NCBI GenBank assembly: GCA_043751475.1
Contig: JAYUZV010000014.1
Location: forward strand, 1 to 57,520
Reading direction: 5' to 3'
From: Chlamydiia bacterium
Lineage (GTDB): Bacteria > Chlamydiota > Chlamydiia > Chlamydiales > JAYUZV01
Length of the DNA: 57,520 nucleotides
This document shows, piece by piece, positions 36,086-44,912 of this stretch. Position 1 is the first letter of the stretch, and every line of letters begins with the position of its first letter. The translations under genes and the position numbers were made by a program. The notes under the pieces were generated by a model. It worked only from the letters and a program-made list of their open reading frames with translations, was not told where the DNA came from and made no database searches.

Positions 36086-37819
36086 CTATTTTACACAACC
36101 TCTTCTTAAACGCAGCACCATTGATAATAAGATGATTGCGCACGATAAAAGCAGAACAAATAGGTCCCCCCACAAAGTGTAAAGAGTCGATTTGACGCGG
36201 GGCATAAAGGAGTGAAGCAGTAGAGATGGGTGGTCGCCGCCGCTGCTGGCCGAAAGCGGCAAACGGGCTATTTCAGCCCCATTTTCGTCGATAATAGCGG
36301 TTACTCCTGTGTTACAGCAGCGCAAAAGAGGAGCCCCGAGTTCAACGGCGCGCAAACGGGCATGGCTATAGTGCTGCTCGGGCAGACTAAACGGTCCGCG
36401 GCCTGGATACCACCCATCATTTGTAATATTAAGAAGAATATTTGCACCAAGGCACCTCCCTTCCCTCACAATCTCCGAGAAAAATTCGTCATAACAGATC
36501 GAGGGGCTTATAACAAGACCGGGCAGAGGCCCGCTAAAAAGACGCGGGCCACTCCCTTTTTCAAAAAAAGATCTGATGTTAAACTTTGCTGCGACACCTC
36601 TACACCAATCAAATAGAAGATACTCACCAGGGACAAGCTTTCTTTTGTCGTAAAAATCGACATCCTTTTCGCTATTCGGAACGAAGCAGAAGCAACTTGT
36701 ATAATAGAGGCCAGCGCCATCTGTACGACTAAACCCTCCTAAGCAGTGTGCGCCATAAAAATTGGCAAGCATCTGCCCAAAAAAACCGTTAGATAGATCG
36801 GAGTCTAGCGAAAGCGCGCTGGCCTGTTTTTCGCCGAAATGATGTGCAATTAAAGGTTGCGCGACATCATAGGAAAAGACCTTGTCTGACACCATGCAGG
36901 GCAGAGCATTTTCCGGAAGAATTAATAAATCGATTTTCTGATCGAGATCCCTTCCAAGAAGCCCAAAAATCCGTCCCCACTGCTCCTCCAAAGAGAGGGT
37001 GTTTGGGCCAAGACCGTGCAACTTTTCGCAAGGAAGGAGCGCAGTTTGAACAAGCGCCACACTGACGGGACGATCTAACGTTGGAGTCGAAGGGCGCTTT
37101 AAAAGAAAAAACCCAACTGCCTGAGGGAGAAGAAAAATAAGAGCGGCAAGAAAGATTTTGAGTGCTCCTCGAAAAGGACTTCGAATAAGCCGCAAAACCT
37201 CTATATTGGAGAATACCAACAGAAAGGTGAGAAAAAGAGGGCCGCCAATCGAAGCGAGCTGCAGCGAATAAGGGCTGCTTGAGATAGGCATTCCCATTGG
37301 ATTAATCGGAAAGCCGCAAGCAACCTGTCCACGCCCCCATTCCCCGAGGGTCCATATCGCGCAAAATGTCGCGCTTTTCAGTAGATTCAAATTATTTTTA
37401 AGCAGTGCACATGTAAAAAGAGCAAAAAAAAGGCCCCCTATCGCCCCAACTGATAAATAGAGGGCCAGAACAAAAAGACCTTGGTAGCGCGCGCCGTCGC
37501 AAATCCAAGAAAACTGAATCAGTTGGATAGAGCCATACCAGAGAGCAGCGAGCAGAAATTGGACGCGCGGGCCCCCTACAAGACTAAGCGCATACCAAAA
37601 AATGGCGTACCCGAAAGTGGCTGTAAAGAGACAGAGCAGAGTAGAAAAGGTCGGCAGTGCAAAGGCAACAAGAAAAAATGTGCCAAGAAAAACTAGGGGC
37701 AGAGAAAGAGAACCGCGGACGCTACTTAGACTATCGGCGCTACGCCTTAGATTTAGGTGCACTATCTTGGCTCTTACTACCCACCCCAAAAGCGAGAAGC
37801 AGTAATAGCCCCCCCACAA
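36086..37819 (-). CDS. lnt: apolipoprotein N-acyltransferase
   Basis: N-terminal multi-TM region plus a C-terminal CN-hydrolase domain (LLILPENA, ICYDEFF). The start is uncertain because the ORF-track start overlaps the doxX-like gene by 80 nt. Confidence 0.85.
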   Translation of the reverse strand: MWGGYYCFSLLGWVVRAKIVHLNLRRSADSLSSVRGSLSLPLVFLGTFFLVAFALPTFSTLLCLFTATFGYAIFWYALSLVGGPRVQFLLAALWYGSIQLIQFSWICDGARYQGLFVLALYLSVGAIGGLFFALFTCALLKNNLNLLKSATFCAIWTLGEWGRGQVACGFPINPMGMPISSSPYSLQLASIGGPLFLTFLLVFSNIEVLRLIRSPFRGALKIFLAALIFLLPQAVGFFLLKRPSTPTLDRPVSVALVQTALLPCEKLHGLGPNTLSLEEQWGRIFGLLGRDLDQKIDLLILPENALPCMVSDKVFSYDVAQPLIAHHFGEKQASALSLDSDLSNGFFGQMLANFYGAHCLGGFSRTDGAGLYYTSCFCFVPNSEKDVDFYDKRKLVPGEYLLFDWCRGVAAKFNIRSFFEKGSGPRLFSGPLPGLVISPSICYDEFFSEIVREGRCLGANILLNITNDGWYPGRGPFSLPEQHYSHARLRAVELGAPLLRCCNTGVTAIIDENGAEIARLPLSASSGGDHPSLLLHSFMPRVKSTLYTLWGDLFVLLLSCAIILLSMVLRLRRGCVK

Positions 37820-38213
37820 TAGCTAGATTTTTGAGAAACATGATCATTTGAATGTTCTGATCTGCACCCTCGAGTAGCCAAAAATGGTGGAATACAAATG
37901 TGGTTGGAACAAGAAAGGCAAGGAGTAAAAAAGCGCCGAAACGCACCCCTATTCCGAGCAGCAAAAGGGCCGAACCCATCAATTCACAACCAGCTGCAAT
38001 ACCCAAAAATACGGGAAGCTGATCGAGTATTAAGCGAAAAATTTCCTGGATAAAAACAGGGAGGGTTTGAGAGGTAAAATGGGCGTCGATAGCAGTTACA
38101 AGACTCTCTTTGGTCTCATCCCAATGAAAGACTTTATAAAGCCCTGAAACAATAAATATTATAGACAGGCACAGACGCCCCAAAAAACCGATTAAATTTT
38201 GCAAAGTGCGCAT
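37740..38213 (-). CDS. DoxX family membrane protein
   Basis: 157 aa with four hydrophobic segments. LGRLCLSIIFIVSGLYKVFHW is a DoxX-type N-terminus. Confidence 0.7.
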   Translation of the reverse strand: MRTLQNLIGFLGRLCLSIIFIVSGLYKVFHWDETKESLVTAIDAHFTSQTLPVFIQEIFRLILDQLPVFLGIAAGCELMGSALLLLGIGVRFGAFLLLAFLVPTTFVFHHFWLLEGADQNIQMIMFLKNLAIVGGLLLLLAFGVGSKSQDSAPKSKA

Positions 38214-38372
38214 GCCACTAATCCTTTATTAATTCACCGTATGAACAGAGAGTCTCAAAAAATGACTTTAATTTCCAACCCATTCCGTGCACACGAATGG
38301 AAGTATAGCTATTTATCTTCCTATTTGTTACTCTTGTTTATTACTTTTTTGGGCAAATAAAAACAAAACAAT

Positions 38373-39515
38373 ATGCAAAAAACCTTTCGAGATCACCATT
38401 TATTGCTCATTCTGGAGAGTTATAATCCGGAAAAGAGCGCGGCTGATAACTGCCTGCGCGACTACTTTCGCGACAATCGCGCCCTCGGATCAAAAGACCG
38501 CAAATTTATTTCAGAAAAAATCTATCAGCTGATCCGATTTCGCGATTTAATTGACGCCCTAACAGGGGACTCCTCCTGGGAAGCGCGTCTCAATTGTATT
38601 AATAACGACAGCGATGAACTCGCAAAAAAGATAAAAAAGCTACCAATTCACACGCAATTGAGTATGCCGGAAACCTTTTTTAACCGACTGGTTGCCCATT
38701 ACGGGATAGAAAAAGCGACTGAAATTTGCACGCTATCAAACGAGCAAGCACCAACCACGATCCGTGTCAACACCATTAAAACATCCAGAGAGCATTTAAT
38801 GCGGCTTTGGGAGGCGCATATCGCGGTTGAGGCCACTAAAACTGCTCCGCACGGAATCCAAATTGGAACGCGCAGTCCACTGCTCCACTGTGACGAGTAT
38901 AAACTCGGCTATTTCGAGATGCAAGATGAAGGATCTCAATTACTAGCCGAACTTGTAGACATTAAAGAGGGGATGCACCTTCTCGATTTTTGTGCGGGGT
39001 CCGGCGGGAAAACTCTTGCAATTGCTCCGCAAATGAGAGGCAAAGGGCAGATCTACCTCCACGATATTAGAAAAAGTGCACTCGAAAATGCAAAAAAACG
39101 ACTTGCTAGAGCCGGCGTGCAAAATGCGCAACTGATATTCCCGGATGAAAAAAGCAAACTCTCTCGCTTAAAAGGGAAAATGGACAGGGTTTTACTAGAT
39201 GTGCCTTGCAGCGGAAGCGGCACTTTTCGACGCAACCCAGATATGAAATGGCGCTTTTCTGATGAAAAACTAGCCGAACTAATTGCCATTCAAAGAGAAA
39301 TTTTTAAATCGACCCTCGCCTACTTAAAACCAGGCGGGTCTATTATTTACACCACATGCAGCCTCCTTGCCGAAGAAAACCAAGAGCAGATTGAATTTTT
39401 CATAAAAACCTATGGGCTAGAGCGCGCTGCCCCAGATTTCCAGACCACACCGACACAGAGCGGACCCGACGGATTTTTTGGATCTGTTTTAAGAGAGAAA
39501 CTCTCCTTTGCATAA
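38373..39515 (+). CDS. RsmB/Sun (NOL1/NOP2) family rRNA m5C methyltransferase
   Basis: SAM motif LDFCAGSGGKTLAIA and the catalytic Cys motifs LLDVPCSGSGTFRRNPD and YTTCSLLAEENQ. Confidence 0.85.
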   Translation: MQKTFRDHHLLLILESYNPEKSAADNCLRDYFRDNRALGSKDRKFISEKIYQLIRFRDLIDALTGDSSWEARLNCINNDSDELAKKIKKLPIHTQLSMPETFFNRLVAHYGIEKATEICTLSNEQAPTTIRVNTIKTSREHLMRLWEAHIAVEATKTAPHGIQIGTRSPLLHCDEYKLGYFEMQDEGSQLLAELVDIKEGMHLLDFCAGSGGKTLAIAPQMRGKGQIYLHDIRKSALENAKKRLARAGVQNAQLIFPDEKSKLSRLKGKMDRVLLDVPCSGSGTFRRNPDMKWRFSDEKLAELIAIQREIFKSTLAYLKPGGSIIYTTCSLLAEENQEQIEFFIKTYGLERAAPDFQTTPTQSGPDGFFGSVLREKLSFA

Positions 39516-39567
39516 AGCGAGCGTTTTGTTAGCATCAGACCAGACTATTATACGAGATTAAACACTT

Positions 39568-40662
39568 ATGAAAGCAGCACTATTTCTTTTATCACTGACA
39601 TCGCTAATTGCGCTTACCGCCCCCGCCGCTGCCTTTACCTCTCCGGGACAGATAGCCCACGAGCCTGGCGACAAAAAACAGATTGTTGTAAATAATCGCA
39701 TTCTCACGCAAGTGAATGGCCGCAATATCTCTGTTCTTGATGTGATGAAAAAAATGGATCTATTTTTGGATAAAAACTATCCGGAATTAAAAAACTCGCC
39801 GGTTCAGCGATTTCAATTTTACAATTCCCAGTGGCGCTCATTTCTGACTCAGCTAGTCCAAATTGAGCTTATCCTGGCGGATTCTGAAAGCCAAAAAGAT
39901 GAGAAATTCAAAGTCAGCGAAGCCGATATCAGACAACAAATCCAGGAGCGTTTTCAGCCAAATGTCATGGTAGCGCTTGAACGCATCGGCATGAACTACG
40001 AAGAAGCCAAAAAGATGATCCACGACGAGATGCTGATGGATCGTATGATGGCGCGTTTTGTGCAGACCAAAGCCTATTTTGCTGTCACGCCAAGAGCTGT
40101 TGAAAGTGCTTACAGCGCATTTGCTACCGCAAACCCTCCAAAAGAAGAGTATATCTACCAAGTTGTTACTGTTCGCGCGCCTGATGAGAAAATGGGCGAG
40201 CAGGTCGCTGAAAAGGCCTATCAATTGACTCTGGCCTCAAATGAAAACCTCCCTCTTCTACCGCAAAAAATGAAAGAGAAAGAGCTCATTAATATCACCG
40301 GAAAAGCAAATGTCGATTTAAATGTGTCGCAGGAGTACAAGCTCGATCTTTCTCAACTTTCCGAGAGCCATAAAGAAGTTCTGCTATCACTAAAACCAGG
40401 AGAGACTAGCCCTCCTATTGCACAGACAAGCCGCAAAGATAATAAAACGGTCTATCGCATCTTCCACCTAAAAGATACACAAAAGAGCGAGACACAACCA
40501 TTTGAACTTTTACAAAATAAATTGCGCCATAAGTTGCTTGAACACACTTATGATATTGAGCTAGATGCTTACATGAAAAAGCTCTTTAAAACCTACAATT
40601 ACGACCCAAAAGAAGTCGATAAAAAACTGCCCCCACAATTTCAACCCTTTGCAATTCAATGA
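39568..40662 (+). CDS. periplasmic SurA-like chaperone (signal peptide, SurA N-domain-like)
   Basis: Signal peptide MKAALFLLSLTSLIALTAPAAA. IVVNNRILTQVNGRNISVLDVMK resembles the SurA N-terminal region. It is ATGA-coupled to rsmA, echoing the E. coli surA-pdxA-ksgA linkage. Confidence 0.45.
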   Translation: MKAALFLLSLTSLIALTAPAAAFTSPGQIAHEPGDKKQIVVNNRILTQVNGRNISVLDVMKKMDLFLDKNYPELKNSPVQRFQFYNSQWRSFLTQLVQIELILADSESQKDEKFKVSEADIRQQIQERFQPNVMVALERIGMNYEEAKKMIHDEMLMDRMMARFVQTKAYFAVTPRAVESAYSAFATANPPKEEYIYQVVTVRAPDEKMGEQVAEKAYQLTLASNENLPLLPQKMKEKELINITGKANVDLNVSQEYKLDLSQLSESHKEVLLSLKPGETSPPIAQTSRKDNKTVYRIFHLKDTQKSETQPFELLQNKLRHKLLEHTYDIELDAYMKKLFKTYNYDPKEVDKKLPPQFQPFAIQ

Positions 40663-41519
40663 GTAGTTCAAGCATTACCTCTATCACTAATCTTCTTAGC
40701 TTTTTAGATGATCTAGGTGTGCGCGCAAAGAAGTCTCTCTCTCAAAATTTTCTTATCGACCAAAATATCACGCGTAAAATTGCGGAGAGCGCCTCCCTGA
40801 GGCGAGATGATCTTCTCATTGAAATTGGGCCCGGACCAGGAGGCCTGACCGAAGAGCTTCTCAAACATTGCGACAAAATAATCTGCATCGAGCTCGACCG
40901 CACCTTTGCCAAGGCGCTTAGTCGATTTGGCGATAAAGTAGAAGTTTTTGAGGCCGATATTTTAGAATTTGACCTTTTAACGCTACTGAAAGAGCGTCTA
41001 AAAAAAGGATGCCGCGCAAAAATTGTCTCAAATCTACCCTACCACATTACGACCCCTATTTTGGCAAAACTCCTGCCCTACGGCGCCTTTATTGAAACAG
41101 TGACTGTGATGGTGCAAAAAGAGGTTGCGGTGCGCTTTGTGGCAAAACCAAACACAAAAGATTACAGCTCAATATCACTTTTTCTCAGCTACTACAGCAC
41201 CGCCAAATACCTATTCCAAGTGACGCGCAACTGCTTTCATCCAAAACCGAATGTCGACTCGGCCATTGTCCAATTTCATCTTCCAGAAAAGGGGCATGAT
41301 TTAAACGAGGAGACTTTCTTTAAGATGACGCGAAGAGCTTTTGGTCAGAAACGTAAAATGTTACGCGGTTCACTCAAAGAACTCTACCCAACTATTGAAG
41401 AGCATCTTCTTAAAATAGGCAAGTCCATCACCTCGCGTCCGCAAGAATTTGCACTTGCCGATATGATTGCTCTTCACAATTCTATTCAACAAGATTCTTG
41501 CGCACAGACCCACCAATAA
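40659..41519 (+). CDS. rsmA: 16S rRNA (adenine1518/1519-N6)-dimethyltransferase RsmA/KsgA
   Basis: KKSLSQNFLIDQNI, EIGPGPGGLT, and SNLPYHITTPIL motifs. Confidence 0.92.
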   Translation: MSSSSITSITNLLSFLDDLGVRAKKSLSQNFLIDQNITRKIAESASLRRDDLLIEIGPGPGGLTEELLKHCDKIICIELDRTFAKALSRFGDKVEVFEADILEFDLLTLLKERLKKGCRAKIVSNLPYHITTPILAKLLPYGAFIETVTVMVQKEVAVRFVAKPNTKDYSSISLFLSYYSTAKYLFQVTRNCFHPKPNVDSAIVQFHLPEKGHDLNEETFFKMTRRAFGQKRKMLRGSLKELYPTIEEHLLKIGKSITSRPQEFALADMIALHNSIQQDSCAQTHQ

Positions 41520-42021
41520 CAGCCCCATTCAGCTCACTTCCAGGCCCGGCTATCACCTCACCTTTTCCCGATGCAAAAGTGATGGTACCGCTCACCTGCG
41601 TCTTACCTAAAAGTTCGACAATCTGCGGCTCTTTGCAGCCCGTCATTAGAGGAATATATAGAGCTTTCAACGTGCAATTATTAAATGTCATTTTTTCAGA
41701 TGTCACGGTAAGCTTATCATCAAAATTAGAATCATTTGCAACAAGTACGCCGTTAACACTCCCTCTCCCTTTAATCACGCAGTCAGAAAGGTCAGCACTT
41801 CCATTGATTTCCATCCGCGCAATGGAGCACCCCTCCGCTTCTACCCGTCCATTCACTTGGAGCCGTTTTGTCACCTTGCTTCCCTTCAATGTGACAAAGC
41901 CATTCACCACAACCTCGCTCACTTTTTCATTTGTAAAAGTACGCGTTCCGTGGCTCGGCTCTTTACTTACAACCGCGCCTGCTACCATCAGTAAACCCAC
42001 CACCATCACTCGTATCACCAC
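41482..42021 (-). CDS. signal-anchored beta-repeat protein, bactofilin/polymer-forming-cytoskeletal-like
   Basis: N-terminal hydrophobic segment (VMVVGLLMVAGAVV), then a repetitive V.G.V pattern (VVVNGFVTLKGSKVTKRLQVNGRVEAEGCSIARMEINGSADLSDCVIKGRGSVNGVLVA). The family assignment is tentative. Confidence 0.5.
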   Translation of the reverse strand: MVIRVMVVGLLMVAGAVVSKEPSHGTRTFTNEKVSEVVVNGFVTLKGSKVTKRLQVNGRVEAEGCSIARMEINGSADLSDCVIKGRGSVNGVLVANDSNFDDKLTVTSEKMTFNNCTLKALYIPLMTGCKEPQIVELLGKTQVSGTITFASGKGEVIAGPGSELNGAVIGGSVRKNLVE

Positions 42022-42102
42022 TGCTCTCCTCCTATCCGTTTTTGCAAGCGATTATATCTTTTTTTCTTGATTTCGAAGATAGTTCTTATATATCATAACT
42101 CG

Positions 42103-42441
42103 ATGTCAGAACAAATTACATTTAACGACTTTTTAAAGGTCGATATCCGCGCTGGAACAATTGTTTCTGTGGAGGATTATCCAGAAGCGAGAAAGCCAGC
42201 CTATAAACTGATAATCGATTTTGGTCCGCTCGGAAAAAAACGCTCCTCGGCACAAATTACGCACCACTACACTAAAGAAGAGCTGATGGGCAAGCAAGTG
42301 ATTGCTGTTGTCAATTTCCCTCCGAAGCAGATCGGAAAATTCGTATCAGAAGTTCTCACTCTCGGCTTGCCAGACGAAGATAGCATGGTAGTCCTAACTG
42401 AACCCTCAAAACCCGTTCCCAATGGCTCAGCGCTTTTTTAA
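42103..42441 (+). CDS. CsaA/YgjH-type tRNA-binding domain protein
   Basis: FLKVDIRAGTIVSVEDYPEARKPAYKLIIDFGPLGKKRSSAQIT...VVNFPPKQIGKFVSEVL is the OB-fold tRNA-binding domain pattern. The start is placed at the ATG at 42103. Confidence 0.8.
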   Translation: MSEQITFNDFLKVDIRAGTIVSVEDYPEARKPAYKLIIDFGPLGKKRSSAQITHHYTKEELMGKQVIAVVNFPPKQIGKFVSEVLTLGLPDEDSMVVLTEPSKPVPNGSALF

Positions 42442-42442
42442 A

Positions 42443-42697
42443 ATGAATAAAGAAATCCTCCCTCCATTTTCATCTGTTGGAAAAAGCCTACTTCCAGGCT
42501 CCATCTACGAGCACTATAAAGGGCAGCGCTATAAAATTATTGGCCTATCCCGCCACTCCGAAACACTCGAAGAGCTCGTCATCTACGAGGCGCTCTACGG
42601 CTCACATGATATCTGGGCACGACCGCTTCCCATGTTTATCGGAACGATCACCCTAGACGGCATCCCCCGCCCTCGCTTCCTCAAAATCGACCCATAA
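42443..42697 (+). CDS. DUF1653-like small protein
   Basis: YEHYKGQRYKIIGLSRHSETLEELVIYEALYG...WARPLPMF pattern. The ATG lies 1 nt after the stop of the preceding gene. Confidence 0.65.
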   Translation: MNKEILPPFSSVGKSLLPGSIYEHYKGQRYKIIGLSRHSETLEELVIYEALYGSHDIWARPLPMFIGTITLDGIPRPRFLKIDP

Positions 42698-42721
42698 AAA
42701 AAGAAAATTCGAAACCAACTG

Positions 42722-43709
42722 ATGAAAGTAAAAAAAATCGGGTCCCTTGAAATTTCTCCCTTAGGCCTTGGTTGTATGGGAATGACCGGATTTTATGGGC
42801 CAGTGGATCCAAAGCAGTGCATTCGAGCGATTCATGCGGCCATTGAAAATGGGATCACTTTTTTCGATACAGCAGACAATTATGGATTTGGCGATAACGA
42901 GGTTCTTGTAGGAAGTGCTATTGCAGCCAACCGCAATAAGATCTCAATTGCAACGAAGGTCGGAGTAGTCTGTAACAGAGCAACTCCTCATCTTGTTTCG
43001 ATCAACGGAGGGCCGGAATACATTAGACAGCAGTGTATCGCCAGCCTGAAACGGCTCGGAGTTTCCGTTATCGACCTCTACTACCCCGCACCATATCGAT
43101 CCTCATACACCCATTGAGGAGACGATTTATGCAATGGGAAGGCTTGTTGCTGAGGGTCTAGTACGACATATTGGCCTCGGAGAAATGGAAGCTCAATATA
43201 TCCGCAGGGCCCATGCGGTCCATCCCATTACGGCTATTCAAGGAGAATACTCTCTTTTCTCAAGGGGGTCTGAGAAGAAGCTTATTCCGCTATGTGAAGA
43301 ACTTGGGCTTGGATTTGTCGCCTGCAGTCCGATTTGCCGAGGACTACTCAGCGGCAAAATCACTTCATTTCAAAATCTACGTCCCGGCGATTTTCGCCAA
43401 AAATTTCCCCGATTTAGCCAGGAAAATCTCCCTCACAACTTCTCGATTGTCTGTGCTTTGCAGAAAATTGCCGATCAGAAGAAGTGCTCGCTGTCACAGC
43501 TCTCTTTGGCATGGATTGCAGCGGAGTCTCCCTCGATTATCCCAATCTTCGGAACGAGTCAACCCATGCACGTGTTAGAGAATATCATGAGTATAAACAT
43601 TCAGCTCACACCAGATGAAATCGATCAAATCAACACAATTGTCGCGAAAGAAGTCGTTCACGGAGACAGGCACCCAGAAATGGCCAAAAAGCTCTACGAT
43701 CAACCCTAA
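42722..43709 (+). pseudogene. aldo/keto reductase interrupted by a +1 frameshift in a C4 run
   Basis: ORF 42722..43117 (GLGCMGMTGFYG, FFDTADNYG, IDLYY) and ORF 43134..43709 are two halves of one AKR. Removing one C from CCCC (43084-43087) gives [36 protein letters not shown], the expected continuous motif. Confidence 0.75.
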
Positions 43710-43851
43710 AATGTTTTGGCTTAAGGTGATACAGCTGCCACTAATCGACTAAGGGTTTTATTTTATCCACCGGACTTTCTCTTTAAAATTGCGGTGGACA
43801 AAAAAAAGAAAAGAAGGCGTAAAGTAAGAGCTATTACTCGGGTGCAAGGGA

Positions 43852-44508
43852 ATGATTTTGGGATTGAAGAATTTGATTAGCTGGCTTTTGGGGTTACTTC
43901 TATTTTTTACCACTTTATCAGCTGATGAAAAATCGGTTTCGCTAAAAGGTAAAATTGTTGAGGGGCGTTACTACTTTTCCAATAATAGCTTTTCCTGTAG
44001 AGCCCAAAACTTTGGCTATCCAGAACCAAAAGTCGTTGATTACGTAATAGATCAAATTGTCAGCGGGGTTGTTTTTTTCGGTGAATCCGAGAATCTTATA
44101 GGAGTGAAAGTTATTACGCTGCCTGAGCCAGTAGAAACACAATTTCATTATGCAACGTGTAAGAAGATGATCGACTTGTTTGGTCTGATCCGTTTCAACC
44201 AAAATGAGGACACTGCGGGCATTGAAATATTAGAAGAAGAAACTCCAGAAAATAATGCGCTTTTTATTGCTATTTCTATTGCAACCCAAAATCACTTAAA
44301 ACCATCAAAAGCAGATTGTCTGCGTAGTGTTAGGGGGTTTTTAGCATTTCAACAGGGCAACACCGTTATTTTAATAACGAGTCAAGAAGCGATATCCCCA
44401 GACGATAAACGCGCCCCAAAAAGGCTGATTGAAACACTTAAGCGCGATCTGCTCGACTTTAAAAACAGTATGGAATTCCCTTTGGCCAGAGACAAACCTT
44501 CATCGTAA
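43852..44508 (+). CDS. hypothetical secreted protein (218 aa)
   Basis: N-terminal signal-like segment LISWLLGLLLFFTTLSADE. No family recognised. It is the first gene of a tightly spaced four-gene set. Confidence 0.6.
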   Translation: MILGLKNLISWLLGLLLFFTTLSADEKSVSLKGKIVEGRYYFSNNSFSCRAQNFGYPEPKVVDYVIDQIVSGVVFFGESENLIGVKVITLPEPVETQFHYATCKKMIDLFGLIRFNQNEDTAGIEILEEETPENNALFIAISIATQNHLKPSKADCLRSVRGFLAFQQGNTVILITSQEAISPDDKRAPKRLIETLKRDLLDFKNSMEFPLARDKPSS

Positions 44509-44521
44509 TCAGAGTGAAATT

Positions 44522-44866
44522 ATGGACAGCACATTAGGTAAAAAAGATAGAAAAAGTGCGAAAATATGCGGATGGATAGCCACAATTATTTACCCTCCAC
44601 TCTTTCTCTTTTTTCTGATAGTTATCGGCGTCGAAATAATTAGACTGGCTGATTCGGGGGTAGACAGATTGCTCGGTCTATCAGTTATATCACTCTATTT
44701 ATGCGCAGTACTTTCAACACCCTTTGCCCTCTACCGTATCTGGTCTCTCTATTCCAAAGAGAGGTATCAAAAAAGTCGGCACATGTGCCTACTACCCATC
44801 AGCATGATAATAATAGCAATTGCCTATAGTGCCTTAACCGAGGGAGTGAAATTATTATTTACTTAA
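44522..44866 (+). CDS. small 3-TM membrane protein, paralog A (114 aa)
   Basis: The start is placed at the ATG at 44522 (MDSTLGKKDRKSAKICGWIATIIY...), 13 nt after the previous stop. It has three hydrophobic segments and is a paralog of 46432..46794. Confidence 0.65.
   Translation: MDSTLGKKDRKSAKICGWIATIIYPPLFLFFLIVIGVEIIRLADSGVDRLLGLSVISLYLCAVLSTPFALYRIWSLYSKERYQKSRHMCLLPISMIIIAIAYSALTEGVKLLFT
44541..44573 (+). repeat. 33-nt perfect direct repeat, copy 1 (in paralog A)
   Basis: AAAAAGATAGAAAAAGTGCGAAAATATGCGGAT is identical to 46454..46486. The next 7 nt match at 6 of 7 positions. Both copies also share GAAATTATGGACA around the start codon. Confidence 0.9.
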
Positions 44867-44912
44867 TCTGAATCAACTACACATAAACGAATATGTTTTA
44901 GAAACTTGTAAA

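Noticed and set aside
41498-42070. 190-aa plus-strand ORF antisense to the beta-repeat protein gene
   Set aside because: Its translation is low-complexity and S/T/P/L-rich, and it would overlap both the rsmA 3' end and the csaA-like 5' end. The minus-strand product has a signal anchor and a regular repeat pattern, so the minus strand is the more plausible coding strand.
43766-43798. Inverted repeat TCCACCG ... CGGTGGA downstream of the aldo/keto reductase
   Set aside because: It is a 7-bp stem with a 19-nt loop, followed by an A-run rather than a T-run on the transcribed strand. It is not a convincing terminator and has no recognisable operator context.
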